Part shown: piece after piece, positions 11,851 to 22,796 of the stretch
Layout: every line of letters begins with the position of its first letter
How positions within the stretch are numbered: position 1 is the first letter of the stretch
Source: Octopus bimaculoides
Taxonomy: Eukaryota
Direction of reading: 5' to 3'
DNA length: 45,754 nucleotides
Assembly (NCBI RefSeq): GCF_001194135.2
Contig: NC_068987.1
Coordinates: forward strand, 59,632,668 to 59,678,421
Notes under the pieces: generated by a model
Told to the model about the DNA's origin: nothing
Database searches by the model: none
Seen by the model: the letters and a program-made list of their open reading frames with translations, nothing else
Made by a program: the position numbers and the translations under genes

Positions 11851-12009
11851 AATTATTCAGTCAGTGCCTCTTGCTGAATCACATCACTAAGTAACAGAGA
11901 CGTAAAAATATAAATCAACACCTGTTGCCAAACCGTGTGGTGTGAACGAAAACAAACACACGCGCGCGCGCACACACACACAAACATACATAATGTAATG
12001 AGATACGTC

Positions 12010-12500
12010 GAAAGGATGACCCCGAGAACAATAAGAAATAAGAACTCACAATATGGCAGAAGCCATACCAACTCATAAAAAGGAATTTTGGTGGAGTGTC
12101 TCAGTGAAAACCTCAGTAAAACGTAAACATATCAGGTCTATTGACCTGATATAATGATTTGGGACAGAGAAGAGAAACTGTGTACAGTTGTGGAAATCAG
12201 CCGCCCAGTGGATGTTAACATAAAGCTGAAGATCAGTGAAAATGAGAATACCTACTTTGAATTATTGAAGAATCTGCAGTTACTCTTTCCAGATTACAAG
12301 TTCAGGTTTATACCTGTAATTATTGGGGCACACGGATATATGAGACACTAACTAAATACCAATTTTGGGAAATTAGGCTTCTCAAAACCAGAATAGAAGA
12401 TGCTAATTCGAAGACTACAGATTCAAGCCATCACTGGAACTGTAAAAATCTGTAAAACTTTCCAGAAGTTTACCATTTAAGTATATATGAGCATATCTAG
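12010..12500 (+). mobile_element. RLE-type (R4/Dong-like) LINE, 3' fragment
   Basis: ..PDIMIWDREEKLCTVVEISRPVDVNIKLKISENENTYFELLKNLQ...FIPVIIGAHG...LQIQAITGTVKICK is a PD-(D/E)xK restriction-like endonuclease signature. Confidence 0.75.
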
Positions 12501-12639
12501 ATATGCAACTATATGCATGAGAATACATACATAAAACAAAACATACAAATCTGCACACATACATACATACATACATAAATACATGCATACGTACATACAT
12601 ACGCACATGCATACATACATATATACATACGTACATACA

Positions 12640-12800
12640 TACATACATACATACATACAACGGGTTTCTTTCAGTTTCTTCCAGTTTCTTTCTACCTAGT
12701 CGACTCAGAAGGCTTTGGTCGGCCAAGTGTAATAAGTAGAAGATACTTGCCCAAGGTGCCACATAGTGAGCCTGAACCTGAAACCATGTAATTAGAAAGT
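12640..12800 (-). mobile_element. SINE family B, 5' half with adjacent (TACA)n
   Basis: Reverse complement of the family B head (cgggtttctttcagtttc...ggctttggtcggcc...acttgcccaaggtgccac...gaacctgaaaccatgt). Confidence 0.75.
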
Positions 12801-13050
12801 AAAATTCTTATCACGAAGCAATATTTTTTTGACAATATATTAAGCAAAATGCTGTAAAATTTATGTCTTTTAAGAGATATTAATGATGCAATTGAAACCA
12901 TCTCACTATTGCGTAATTCTCGTACTTGTATGTAATGACAATCTATGTAGACGTACAATTAGGGCCGATTCAACCGACTTCAACGTGCAACTCGTACTTA
13001 GTTTATCAATCCAAAAGTGAACTGCAAAAGGGTTTAAAATCGGGCATGTT

Positions 13051-13290
13051 TATGGACCAACGATGAGGCGGACTGGTTAATGTCTGCGGCACAATATCTC
13101 TTACGTTGTGGCTCACTCTCAATAGAAACAGTTTCGAAAAGGGTTCCGAAATGAATTTCGAAGATTAGGATCTTGTCATTTGTTCAAGTAATGACATTGG
13201 CATATCGATAAAAAAAAAAAATGGTTTCCAATTAATCAGATTCTGGTATATATGGATGCTGCTAAAATTGTGAAGTCTCACTACAGAAAA
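13051..13290. repeat. Copy 1 of an approximately 230-bp local direct duplication
   Basis: Near-identical to 15095-15318, differing by a few substitutions, a 12-nt indel and poly(A) length. Confidence 0.95.
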
Positions 13291-13921
13291 GTCATGACAA
13301 AATATAGTGAAACATCACTATCAAAATATGTCATCCATCACAGTAGATTTAAAACAGCGTTAAAATTGATTGACTTTTAGCTTGGTTAAAGACTAAATTG
13401 CTTTTGCTTAGGAGAATATGAATCGACCTCCATGTACTACTGGCTTTCCAGTGTTATGAAATGCAAATTTCTACTCAGTGATACTGGAACTTGTAAAAAC
13501 AAAAAAAATCTTGTCGATGTAAGTTTTTTTGTTTTGACGAGGTACATACATGCACACATGCGAGCGCGCGCACACACGCATTAATAATAATAATAATAAT
13601 AATAATGATAATAATCCTTGGATGGAATTTATGTGATCTGTGGAAACGCGCGTAGCGATGCACTAAAATATTTATAAATTCAATCCCAGGTTTATTATTA
13701 TTATTACTATATTTATCCTACATTATATCAGTACAGCTCGGTGCAACCCCCCAAAAACTGGTATCGCCAGTTGGCAACGTTGGCATAATACAATAGGAGA
13801 TATTATATGCATATTCAGAACGTTTCTCGCAAACGAACTTAAAGGATATATATATATATTTGAGTCTCTTTCTTATTTATTTCGCTTAGTCTGTGAATGA
13901 GAGTTAGCTTTCCATACACTA

Positions 13922-14131
13922 GAATAAAATTTCAAATTTTGGTACAAGGCCACCGATTTTGGGGGAGGAAATAAGTCGATCACATTCCTCATCTGGTACT
14001 TATTTAATCGACTCCAAAAGGACGAAAGGAAAAGTCGACCTCAGTGGAATTTGAACTCAGAACACAAAGACGGACGAAATGCTGTTAAACATTGTTTATC
14101 CGGCGTGCTAACGACTCCGCCAGCTCGGCGC
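13922..14131 (-). mobile_element. SINE family A, tail type ending ggccttgtaccaaaatttgaaa
   Basis: Reverse complement of the family A head (gagctggcggagtcgttagcacgccgg) and central domain (gaggtcgacttttcctttcgtccttttggagtcgattaaataagtaccag). Confidence 0.85.
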
Positions 14132-15094
14132 TTCTCCATGCACTCATACAGTAGAACTAGTAGTCTGTCAACCAGTGTCAATCGATTCCCTGTGCGTAGT
14201 TAAGCAATTGTTGATATTTATGGATTAGTTTAATTGCCAGTATTATTGATAAAGGAATGAAACTTTTCGATTTCTGAATTCGTTGCCTTTTTGAATCTGA
14301 AGTGTCGAGCTTATGTGTGAAATGAATGGAAAATGGGCAAACATAATAAACTGGAGGTCGATCCATCGAATATAACTTACTGCTACAAAAATTATTCTCG
14401 TTCCTTGTCAAAAGGAGCAAATATAATTCGCTCCCAAATAACCTGAAATGCTAGTAGAACCCGATGTCATTATAATATCCACAGCTGTTGCAGTCATTAA
14501 TGTCCAGGATACAATTAGTTCTAATTAAGCAATGCAGAATCTAGAACGAAACCTACATGCATGATAACACTATCTACCCAATGATTTTTGGGGAAAACTA
14601 ATTAAAATTCCAAAGCATGAATAAGCATTTGATTTATATGATCCAAATCTGCGAAGACAATTAGTATGTAATTGAAATATTTACTAAGCTGTATAATATT
14701 TGATAATTATACGTCCAGGTGAGCGCTGTAGAGAATATAAATTAAGTTCTCATCGAAAGCGGTCCGTGAACTGCTTTTAAATCTCACTGTAAATATTTCT
14801 CTTCCTCCAAATTAATTGCTTGTACTCTTGAGAAATAAATAAATATCTTAGCATTTCCTTTTACCACCTCTATAAATCTAACACATGATAGTCTAGTTTC
14901 GCTTTAACAGCACATCTAAAGCTGGTGGTATACAATGATATAACTTTCATGTATCACTCGCTGAAAAATATTAGCTATACAACGAAGTGCACTGGTTCAA
15001 GATGATATTAAATCGGCTCGTGCAGTCAATGATATAATAAAAATCTTGCCAGATGCAATGTTACATTTCGTGTATCTGTTGACCTTGTTATGGA

Positions 15095-15318
15095 TATGGA
15101 CCAACGATGAGGCGAACTGGTTAATGTCTGTGGCACAATATCTCTTACGTTGTGGCTCACTCTCAATAGAAACAGTTTCGAAAAGAGTTTCGAAGATTAA
15201 GATCTTGCCATTTGTTCAAGTAATGACATTGGCATATCGATAAGAAAAATGGTTTCCATTTAATCAGATTCTGGTATATATGGATGCTGCTAAAATTGTG
15301 AAGCCTCACTACAGAAAA
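15095..15318. repeat. Copy 2 of the local direct duplication
   Basis: tatggaccaacgatgaggcg...ctcactacagaaaa is shared with 13051-13290. Confidence 0.95.
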
Positions 15319-15966
15319 TTATTGCTATAATTAAGCGCGAAATTGCCTAAATATACACCCCCACCATATAGATTATGAACAAAAATATATTGTTTTGTGC
15401 TTTGAAAAAGACCCAAAAAAAGCTGCTTAAAAAAATCAGGTTATCTAACTGTTTTTCAAAAAACGCAAAACATATTTAAAAAATGTATGAACCCATTTTT
15501 TTCTTACCAACCAAATGCAAAAATACCTCAAAACAAGAAAGATGAATTTTAATTTAATCATAAGTTAAAAAAAAAAAAATTTTGAATAAATAATTGAATA
15601 CATTTTTGGAGGAGGGCACATGCGAACAGCATTACCCCTATACTTATTTGCTACTTACGTTATTAATCGCTGCGAGAATCAAAGAGAAAATCGACTGCAA
15701 CAGAGTTTAAATTCAGAATATAAATAAATGTAAGTTATTATTGTGAGGCATTTAATCCGCGGAAATTGTTCCCCACCTACCACCACATCCCATTCGTAGC
15801 TAAAGAGAAAATAGTTTATTGAACTTAGGGATAGTTATATGCTCCACAATTTGAAGCTGTTTATATTTAAATAGAGTTAAGGTCTATTTTATGATAAACA
15901 GACTTCATCCGATATAATTTCTCTTAGTGTATGTTATAATTTAATAATGATACTCGATGTTATTCT

Positions 15967-16325
15967 AAGGCGATGAGCTGACAAAATCGTTAACGCATCA
16001 AACAAAATGCTTCGCTGTATTCCTTCCGGCTCTTTACGTTCTGGATTCAAATACTGCTGTGCTCAACTTTGCTTTTCATCTTTTTGGGGTTCGATAAAAT
16101 AAAGTACCAGTCAAGTACTGAAGGGGCGGGTGTGTTGATGCTATCGACTTGCGCCCTTCATCCAAAATTGCTAGTTTTGTACTTATATTGGTTTCAAATC
16201 TTGGTACAAAGCCAGTAATTTCAACTCCAGTGCTTAACTGGTACTTATTTTATCGACCTCAAAAGAATGAAAGGCAAAGTCGACCTCGGCTTAAACTTAT
16301 CTTAAAGTAATATTAGAAAGAATTA
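15967..16325 (+). mobile_element. SINE family A with an inverted family A 3' fragment inserted in its tail
   Basis: Head aaggcgatgagctgacaaaatcgtt, then tail gttttgtacttatatt...agaaagaattatt split by a minus-strand fragment at about 16190-16290 (ggtacttattttatcgacc...ggcaaagtcgacctcggc). Confidence 0.7.
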
Positions 16326-16968
16326 TTAGTAGTTATTGTTTATCATACGATATCTCTTGTTTGCGCAGAAGAAATACAATCAAAGGAATTCATTTCAGTG
16401 AAAAAGAGAAACAAACAAAATACACAAAAAAACACTCGTACTAATTTTTCTTATCCAAATATATCATCATTTTCCTAATGTTCGCTCTCATAAGCTGAAG
16501 CGTCATATCTCACTTTCTAGTGTAACCTCAGACATTCATTATATTTAAAACCACCCATTTCTTTATATCTTAATCCACATAATTAGATGTTTTCCACCAC
16601 TTCACTTACATTTATTTTGCCTTCTATTAACAACTTTGGTAAACTACGCTTTTTTTTCTTAGTTAATTGCTCTAATTATTTTAGTTTTCTCTCTTTGATG
16701 TTGTTTACTGAAATTTCTCTGTGTTAGTCGTTCTTTATACTTCATTGGTTTCATGTTCTGTACATGATATTCTTAAAAGTCATTTATATACCAACTCCCT
16801 AAATTTTGTTATTTATTTGATAAAACGTTTGTCAAATGTCCATGCTTCGTCTCAACACAGTAGAATGGACCATATACAACACTTTAATATGCAGGGTGGG
16901 TCAAAATAACGCAACAAAACATTTGGTATTTTATCATTATTATCAATATTATTATTATTATTATTATT

Positions 16969-17522
16969 GAGTGAGAGAGCAGTGCATGCCATCAAAGTGA
17001 TACTGGGGTAAAATATGCGAAGCCCATTATACCCATCATGACTACCAGTCTGATAAGGGTACACCAGGCACATGCATCACAACCATATGTGCGCAACATG
17101 GTGATCTTATATCAAGATAAACAGCGCATGACCTCGCAGGTGGGGCCTAGTTAGCATTTTCTTCAGGTCGAGTATCCCATCCCGCTCAAAACGTCCCTGA
17201 ATAAGGTCTGTTTAAGGATGTTAAGCAAAACACCCATGTTTCCAAAGGTGAATTATCCAAACCTCAAAGAATTCCTCTCAACACATGTCTATGATGCTCC
17301 CTCACTACTTCTGCTCATGATCAGAGATGCACATATCGTCAGCCCCCAAGGGACATGCTCAACTGGCTAAGGTCAAACAACTGACAAGCAAATCTGTGGT
17401 ATTAAGCAGAATATTTGCTGTAGCCCATCTTTTATACCAAGACAAAACAATGTACATGATAACACTCCCAATCAATTAAGATCAGAAGCCAGGAGAGCCA
17501 CTGCCCGGTACTGTATCCGGGC

Positions 17523-17527
<5 letters not shown>
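16969..17527 (-). mobile_element. Approximately 560-bp non-coding interspersed-repeat-like element bounded by (TAA)n on both sides
   Basis: A higher-GC island with sharp edges between (ATT)n tracts (16948-16968 and 17525-17607). It has no meaningful ORF. The minus strand ends in ctctcactc(aat)n, and a terminal hairpin lies at 17502-17523. Confidence 0.6.

Positions 17528-17607
<80 letters not shown>
17525..17607. repeat. (TTA)n microsatellite
   Basis: Direct reading. Confidence 0.98.
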
Positions 17608-17609
<2 letters not shown>

Positions 17610-17820
17610 GGTGGCGAGCTGGTAGAATCGTTAAGCACGCCGGGCGAAATGCTTAGCGGTATTTCGTCTGTCTACGATCTGAATTCAAATTCCTCCGAGG
17701 TCGACTTTGCCTTTCATCCTTTCGGAGTCGATAAGTTAAGTACCAGTTGCGTACTGGGGTCGGTCTAATCGATTGGCCGCTTCCCACCATATTTCAGGCC
17801 TTATGCCTATAGTAGAAAAT
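17608..17820 (+). mobile_element. SINE family A between TTA tracts
   Basis: aaggtggcgagctggtagaatcgttaagcacgccgggcg...gaggtcgactttgcctttcatcctttcggagtcgataagttaagtaccag...ggccttatgcctatagtagaaa(att)n. Confidence 0.9.
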
Positions 17821-17834
17821 ATTATTATTATTAT

Positions 17835-18350
17835 TTTATGAAACTTACAGCTTATTTTGCTGGGTATGATGGAAAGTGTCAGCTGTCCACAGCCAGCAGA
17901 CTAAGGTGCCACTTGTTTACTGGTCATGCTTCAAGAACCATGCGAAGAATTCTTGCAGCTCCAAGCAATGCTGATTTTTGGAGGTGTTCTATCTTCACAG
18001 CTGTACCAATATTTTTCATCTATGTTGGTAGTTGAGTGCTGATACTTCCAAGTGCACCAATTACTGTTGGCATCACATCTACTCTCTCCATTGGCAACAA
18101 ACTTCGTATTTCCTACTTCAAATCGTCATAGTTGTTTATTTTCTTCTTCTATCATACTGATGATGTTGTGACCGGGGCATGCTATGTCGATTATCACACA
18201 TGTTCTTTCTTTTTTATTTACCACAACAATATCCGGTTTCCGATGTCTGGTTGGGTGATCGCACTGGATCATTACATCCTCAAGATTTTGCAGCTCTTAT
18301 TTTCGGTGACGACTTCTGGAGTTTGCTCATACCACATCTTTGCTCTTTGT
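17835..18350 (-). mobile_element. RLE-type (R4/Dong-like) LINE, 3' fragment
   Basis: Frameshifted minus translation: WYEQTPEVVTENKSCKIL...IQCDHPTRHRKPDIVVV..KERTCVIIDIACPG..., ending in ...cataaa(ata)n. Confidence 0.85.
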
Positions 18351-19253
18351 AGGACGTGAATTCCACAGAGCTTCCAATGGATCATTCTTGCCACATTGTC
18401 ATGGCATCTTTTGTATTCTCATTGTACCAATTTCGGGCATTCGCTAACGATACGCCAGCAAAGCGTGGAGGCTGTCTCGGACTATATAATCCTACCGGAT
18501 GGCACAAAACTTCATGTTGCTATCGAGGGCAGAAATCCAAGATGTCACCTGTGCGGTGACACAGACTATCTAAAGGCCTGTTCGGGGTAAACTCCAAAGG
18601 CACGAAGTGTAGTCAGCCGGGCTTGCCCGAGATGCGCGCGGAGCGACGAAACAGTTCTGCACGCTCTCGTCCAGTGCCCAAGTATTTCTGACTTGTGGGT
18701 TTATGTCGAACACCTACTGTCGCGTGTGGGACGGATTCGGCTATCGGCTGAATCCATTGTGAAGATAGTCCCACCGTCTTCCTTTGGCCGGGAAGGGCAG
18801 GCTGTGTTTCTTTACCTGATAGCCTTGGCAAAAGAGGTTGTGTAGTGGACCAGACTGAAAGGGCTGAAGACAGACACTTTCCTCTTTGGCCAAGTCTTCA
18901 TCAGCTCTTTCAAGTTTCACTTGAAAAGGAAAGTGAGGATAGAGAGGGAAGTTCTGCCTCTCAGCAATTTTGTTAAAAGGTGGATGAATATCGCAAGAAT
19001 GGCCCGTGTGAATGGCCCTGCTCTGAGCATGCACCTGTAGACAAAGTGGAGAGGGTGCTTGCCCTGGTGGTCAGGACTGTTGTGGATTTGCGGGGTTTAC
19101 ACGAGCAGTCCTAGGAAGTCTCTCACTTTTGGGGAATTTTGTTGTTATAATCGATTGTTTTTCATTGTTTACACGACTTTCATGTAACCCTACATTCTAT
19201 CTGTCCTGTGCTTTCCACAATGTTTTTAAATGTAAACCCTATGTGGTTAATAA

Positions 19254-19255
<2 letters not shown>
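18350..19255 (+). mobile_element. Internally deleted Tx1-type LINE: ORF1 zinc knuckle joined to ORF2 C-terminus and 3' UTR
   Basis: LHVAIEGRNPRCHLCGDTDYLKAC (compare LNVTVEGRRPRCYQCGQ in ORF1 at 33.9 kb) is followed directly by ACPRCARSDETVLHALVQCPSISDLW...FKFHLKRKVRIERE...RWMN. The latter is homologous to 35323-35660. The copy ends aataaa(ata)n. Confidence 0.85.
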
Positions 19256-19337
<82 letters not shown>

Positions 19338-19340
19338 ATT
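19250..19340. repeat. Compound (TAA)n(TGA)n microsatellite
   Basis: Direct reading. Confidence 0.98.
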
Positions 19341-19341
19341 G

Positions 19342-20597
19342 TAGCTGGATGACATTCTACACAGAGAAATGAAAGTCTAGGTCAGTGGGGTGTATCAGAA
19401 AAGGGTGAAAATGGTGTTGAAATCCAACTTGAATGCTTGGCAGTTGCGGTAGTGAGATATAGTGCGTCCATTCTGAAATGGACTAAGGAGGAAATATCAA
19501 CACTGGATAGAGGGACGAGAAAGTTGGTGACGTTGCATGGGTCGCTACACTCTAAAGCAAACGTAAACAGACTGTATATGAAAAGAAAGAATGGTGGCAG
19601 AAGACTAATTAGTATAGACCATTGTATAACGAGTGAAAGGAGAATGTGGGCCGAGTATTTTATAAATAGTGGCGAAGACCTGCTGCAATATGCCACGAAC
19701 GATATAGGTGTAAATGCAGATGAAATGATGGTCAAGGAAGAGTTTAACTAAAGAGCTGAGGAGAAGAGAAAAGAAGACCTTAAAATGAGAATGCTTGGAC
19801 ACTTTTGAAAGGAATACACAAGACGTCATGGTTATGGCTTGAACGAGGTCATTTGAAGCGTACCACCGAAAGCCTGATCATTGCTGCACAAGCCCAGGCT
19901 CCTGCTACCAATTTAGCGAAGTATAACATCTATAAAACTTCTGACACCCAGAAATGCTAACTCTGAGGAAAGAGTGTTGAAAATGTGACCCACTTGGTAA
20001 ATGGATGTGAGATCCTTGCAAAAAAAGAATACAAACGCCGCCACGATAAAGTGTGTATCTTCATTGGCTTCTATGCTGTAAATACCAATATGAAGTTGGT
20101 ATGAGCATGTACCAAGTAAAATTATGCAGGAGGATGGAAAAGTAACGATACTCTGGGACTATGATTTTCAGACGGATCGTGTAATCGAACGCTGTCGGCC
20201 GGATATTGTCATTGTGGATAAGAGAGACAAATACTGTCAGATCATTGATGTAGCTATACCAAATGACATGAATGTTGTGAGCAAAGAAGTTGAAAAAATC
20301 ACCAAGTACTCGGAATTGAAAGTGGAAATAGCAAGACTGTATCGAATGCGAGAGGGTAATGTGAAAGTGTTACAAGTGGTGATCGCAGGTGTTGGGCTCA
20401 AATCCCATTGAAGCTTCAAGACATCTTAAGACAACTGGAAATCCCATGCAAGATTGTTGTTTTGCAGAAATCAGATTTATTGGGCACAGGGCACATCTTA
20501 AGGAAAGTATTATCTGTCTTAGGTCCTTGTTGTGATTTGACAGATGACTAAAGACTCCGGTGCATTTTTACCTATACTGTGTTACGAAGGAATAATA
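19342..20597 (+). mobile_element. RLE-type (R4/Dong-like) LINE, 3' portion (RT thumb, CCHC, RLE)
   Basis: AVAVVRYSASILKWTKEEISTLDRGTRK...RLYMKRKNGGRRL; ENVTHLVNGCEILAKKEYKRRHDKV; LWDYDFQTDRVIERCRPDIVIVDK...IIDVAIP...EKITKYSELK. Confidence 0.9.
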
Positions 20598-20689
20598 GTC
20601 TTCTCACCATCTGCCGAACCTATTTACAGACCTGTGGAATTTGGTCTATTCACCAAGCTGCTTCTCTTTCTCCTACTCTCTACTCCAAT

Positions 20690-21915
20690 CCTGACATATT
20701 TATGATTATCTCAAGTACAAGACAAAAGTCAAAACTAAACAACATTTAAGTGAGGAAGATCAGAAGGTTTTAGATGAGTTGCAGAAAGTAATGAGTAAAG
20801 AAGTAAGACATCAACAGAAGGAAGCTACAAAAAATGACTAGGGAAGTAGATTCTGTTATCAGGAGAATAGATACTAAAAATATAGAAGACACTAACTTAT
20901 TGATCTATGTAGGAGGGGTAGTAGTCACCAGAAGATTAGATATCTCACAAGGAAAGATTAAAAAAGAGCGAAAGGAGACTACAAAATAAAGTGAAGACCT
21001 TAAGACAAGATCCGAGTAGAAAAGAAACCTGGAAGCTGAACAAGTTAGGAAACACAATATGCAAATCTTCCTCCGAGAAAAGATATTTAGTCAAAGAGAA
21101 AGGGTTGTGGATAGTAATAGAAGAGTTGAAACAGCATAGCAGTAGCAGGAAAGCACTCCAGATATCAGAAAAGAATAGTTCAGTATCAAGAGAATAGATT
21201 ATTTGAGACAGACCAGAGGCGATTTTATAACCAAATAAATAGTGGAGAACGAAGTACTAAAGATGAGAAACCTAATGCAGAGGAAGCTAGACAGTTCTGG
21301 AGTAATATTTGGGATAAACCAATCAATAATAATGGAGATATATTATGGTTAAAGAAAATGAGGGAAGAAGTAGTGAGTGAGAAGCAGCCAGATCTAAGAT
21401 CAATTAGTGCATTAATGAATAAAGTGTTAGGAAAAATGCCGAATTGGAAGGGCCCAGGAACAAATTTAGTTCAAGGGTACTGGCTTAAGAAATTCAGTAG
21501 TTTACATGGGAGGCTGAGGGAACAACTTCAGGATTGCCTTAGTGGAGGAATAATATCAGATTGGATGACTAGAGGGAGAACACAACTCATTATCAAGGAT
21601 AAGAGCAAGGGTAATACAGCTAGCAACTATAGATCAATCACTTACTTACCATTAGTGTGGAAGATGTTAACAGGAATGCTTTCAGAAAGCACTTAAGAGC
21701 ACTTTGGCAACCAGAATTTACTACCAGAACAGAAAGGTTGCAGGAAGATGGCTAGTGGAACGCATGATCTATTATATACAGACAAAGCAGTTATAAATGA
21801 AGTAAAAGCTAGAAAGAAAAATCTAACAATAGCTTGGATAGATTACAGGAAAGCCTATGACATGATCCCACACTCATGGATAAGTGAATGTTTGAGTATG
21901 TTCTGTATAGCAGGC
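20690..21915 (+). mobile_element. RLE-type (R4/Dong-like) LINE, N-terminal region and first RT domains
   Basis: NRLFETDQRRFY...FWSNIWDKP...KMPNWKGPG...GYWLKKF...NYRSITYLPLVWKMLTG...EQKGCRK...AWIDYRKAYDMIPHSWISECL. Confidence 0.9.
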
Positions 21916-21941
21916 AACATGAGAAAATCAGTAAATGCAGA

Positions 21942-22796
21942 CAACATAAGAAAATCAGTAAATGCAGAGAAGTATTGTCATCAATTGAAAGCGGTGCACA
22001 AAGTGTTGCGGGAAAAAAAACGCCCATCATTGGTCAAAAGGCGTAGCGTTCTTGCACAATAAAACAAGACCACAATTGCCCAAGTCACCCAGTAAAAAAT
22101 CATTGCATTAAATGCTGAAATTTTCCTTTATTTTCCTTACTGCCCTGACCTTACACCATCTGACTACCATCTTCTCAGATCATTGCAACATTATCTAGAA
22201 GGAAAAAAGTTTATTAATCTTGAAGAGGTGAAAAACAATATGGGATATTTCTTTGCTTCTAAACCTAAAGAATTTTATGCCCAACCAATCAACAATTTGC
22301 TTAATAGATAGGATCACCTAATTGACATTATCTTGATCAAACCCGTGGCACTGCGTCGGTTACGACGACATGGGTCCCAGTTGATCCAATCAACGGAACA
22401 GCCTTCCCGTGAAATTAACGTGTAAGTGGCTGAGCAATCCACAGACACGTGTACCCTTAATGTGGTTCTCTGGGAGATTCAGCATGACACAGAGTGTGAC
22501 AAGCATGGCGTTTTGAAATACAGGTACAACAGAAACAGGAAGAAAGAGTGAGAGAAAGTTGTGGTGAAAGAGTACAGCAGGGTTCACCACCATCCTTACC
22601 GGAGCCTCGTGGAGCTTTTAGGTGTTTTCGCTCAATAAACATTCACAACGTCCGGTCTGGGAATCGAAACCGCGATCCTACGACCGCTGCCCTAACCACT
22701 GGGCCATTGCGCCTCCACATCTTTATCAAATATATTAAGACCAAAGAAGCATTTTTTCACCTTGATTTGCGACAGAACGTTTTTTGCAACATAATA
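21942..22796 (+). mobile_element. Mariner 3' fragment interrupted by a SINE
   Basis: NAEKYCHQL...KRPSLVKRRSVL...PYCPDLTPSDYHLLRSLQHYLEGKKF. A TIR-like end (ttttttgcaacataata) lies at about 22780-22796. Confidence 0.75.
22346..22717 (-). mobile_element. SINE family D (tRNA-derived)
   Basis: Minus head tggaggcgcaatggcccagtggttagggc (A box) and ggtttcgattccc (B box). Approximate TSD atcttgatcaaa (22330-22341) and atctttatcaaa (22719-22730). Close relative of 28440-28821. Confidence 0.9.

Noticed and set aside
18870-18910. Minus-strand CTGATGA...GAAA (also CTGAGGA...GAAA at about 19963 and CTGACGT...GAAA at about 8410)
   Set aside because: No stem II or III pairing or no NUH site, and the first two lie inside LINE coding sequence; these are chance matches to the hammerhead core.
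18741-19034. Minus-strand 97-aa ORF and similar antisense ORFs (for example 32248-32499, 33897-34333, 19382-19735)
   Set aside because: They are shadow frames of LINE coding sequence on the opposite strand.
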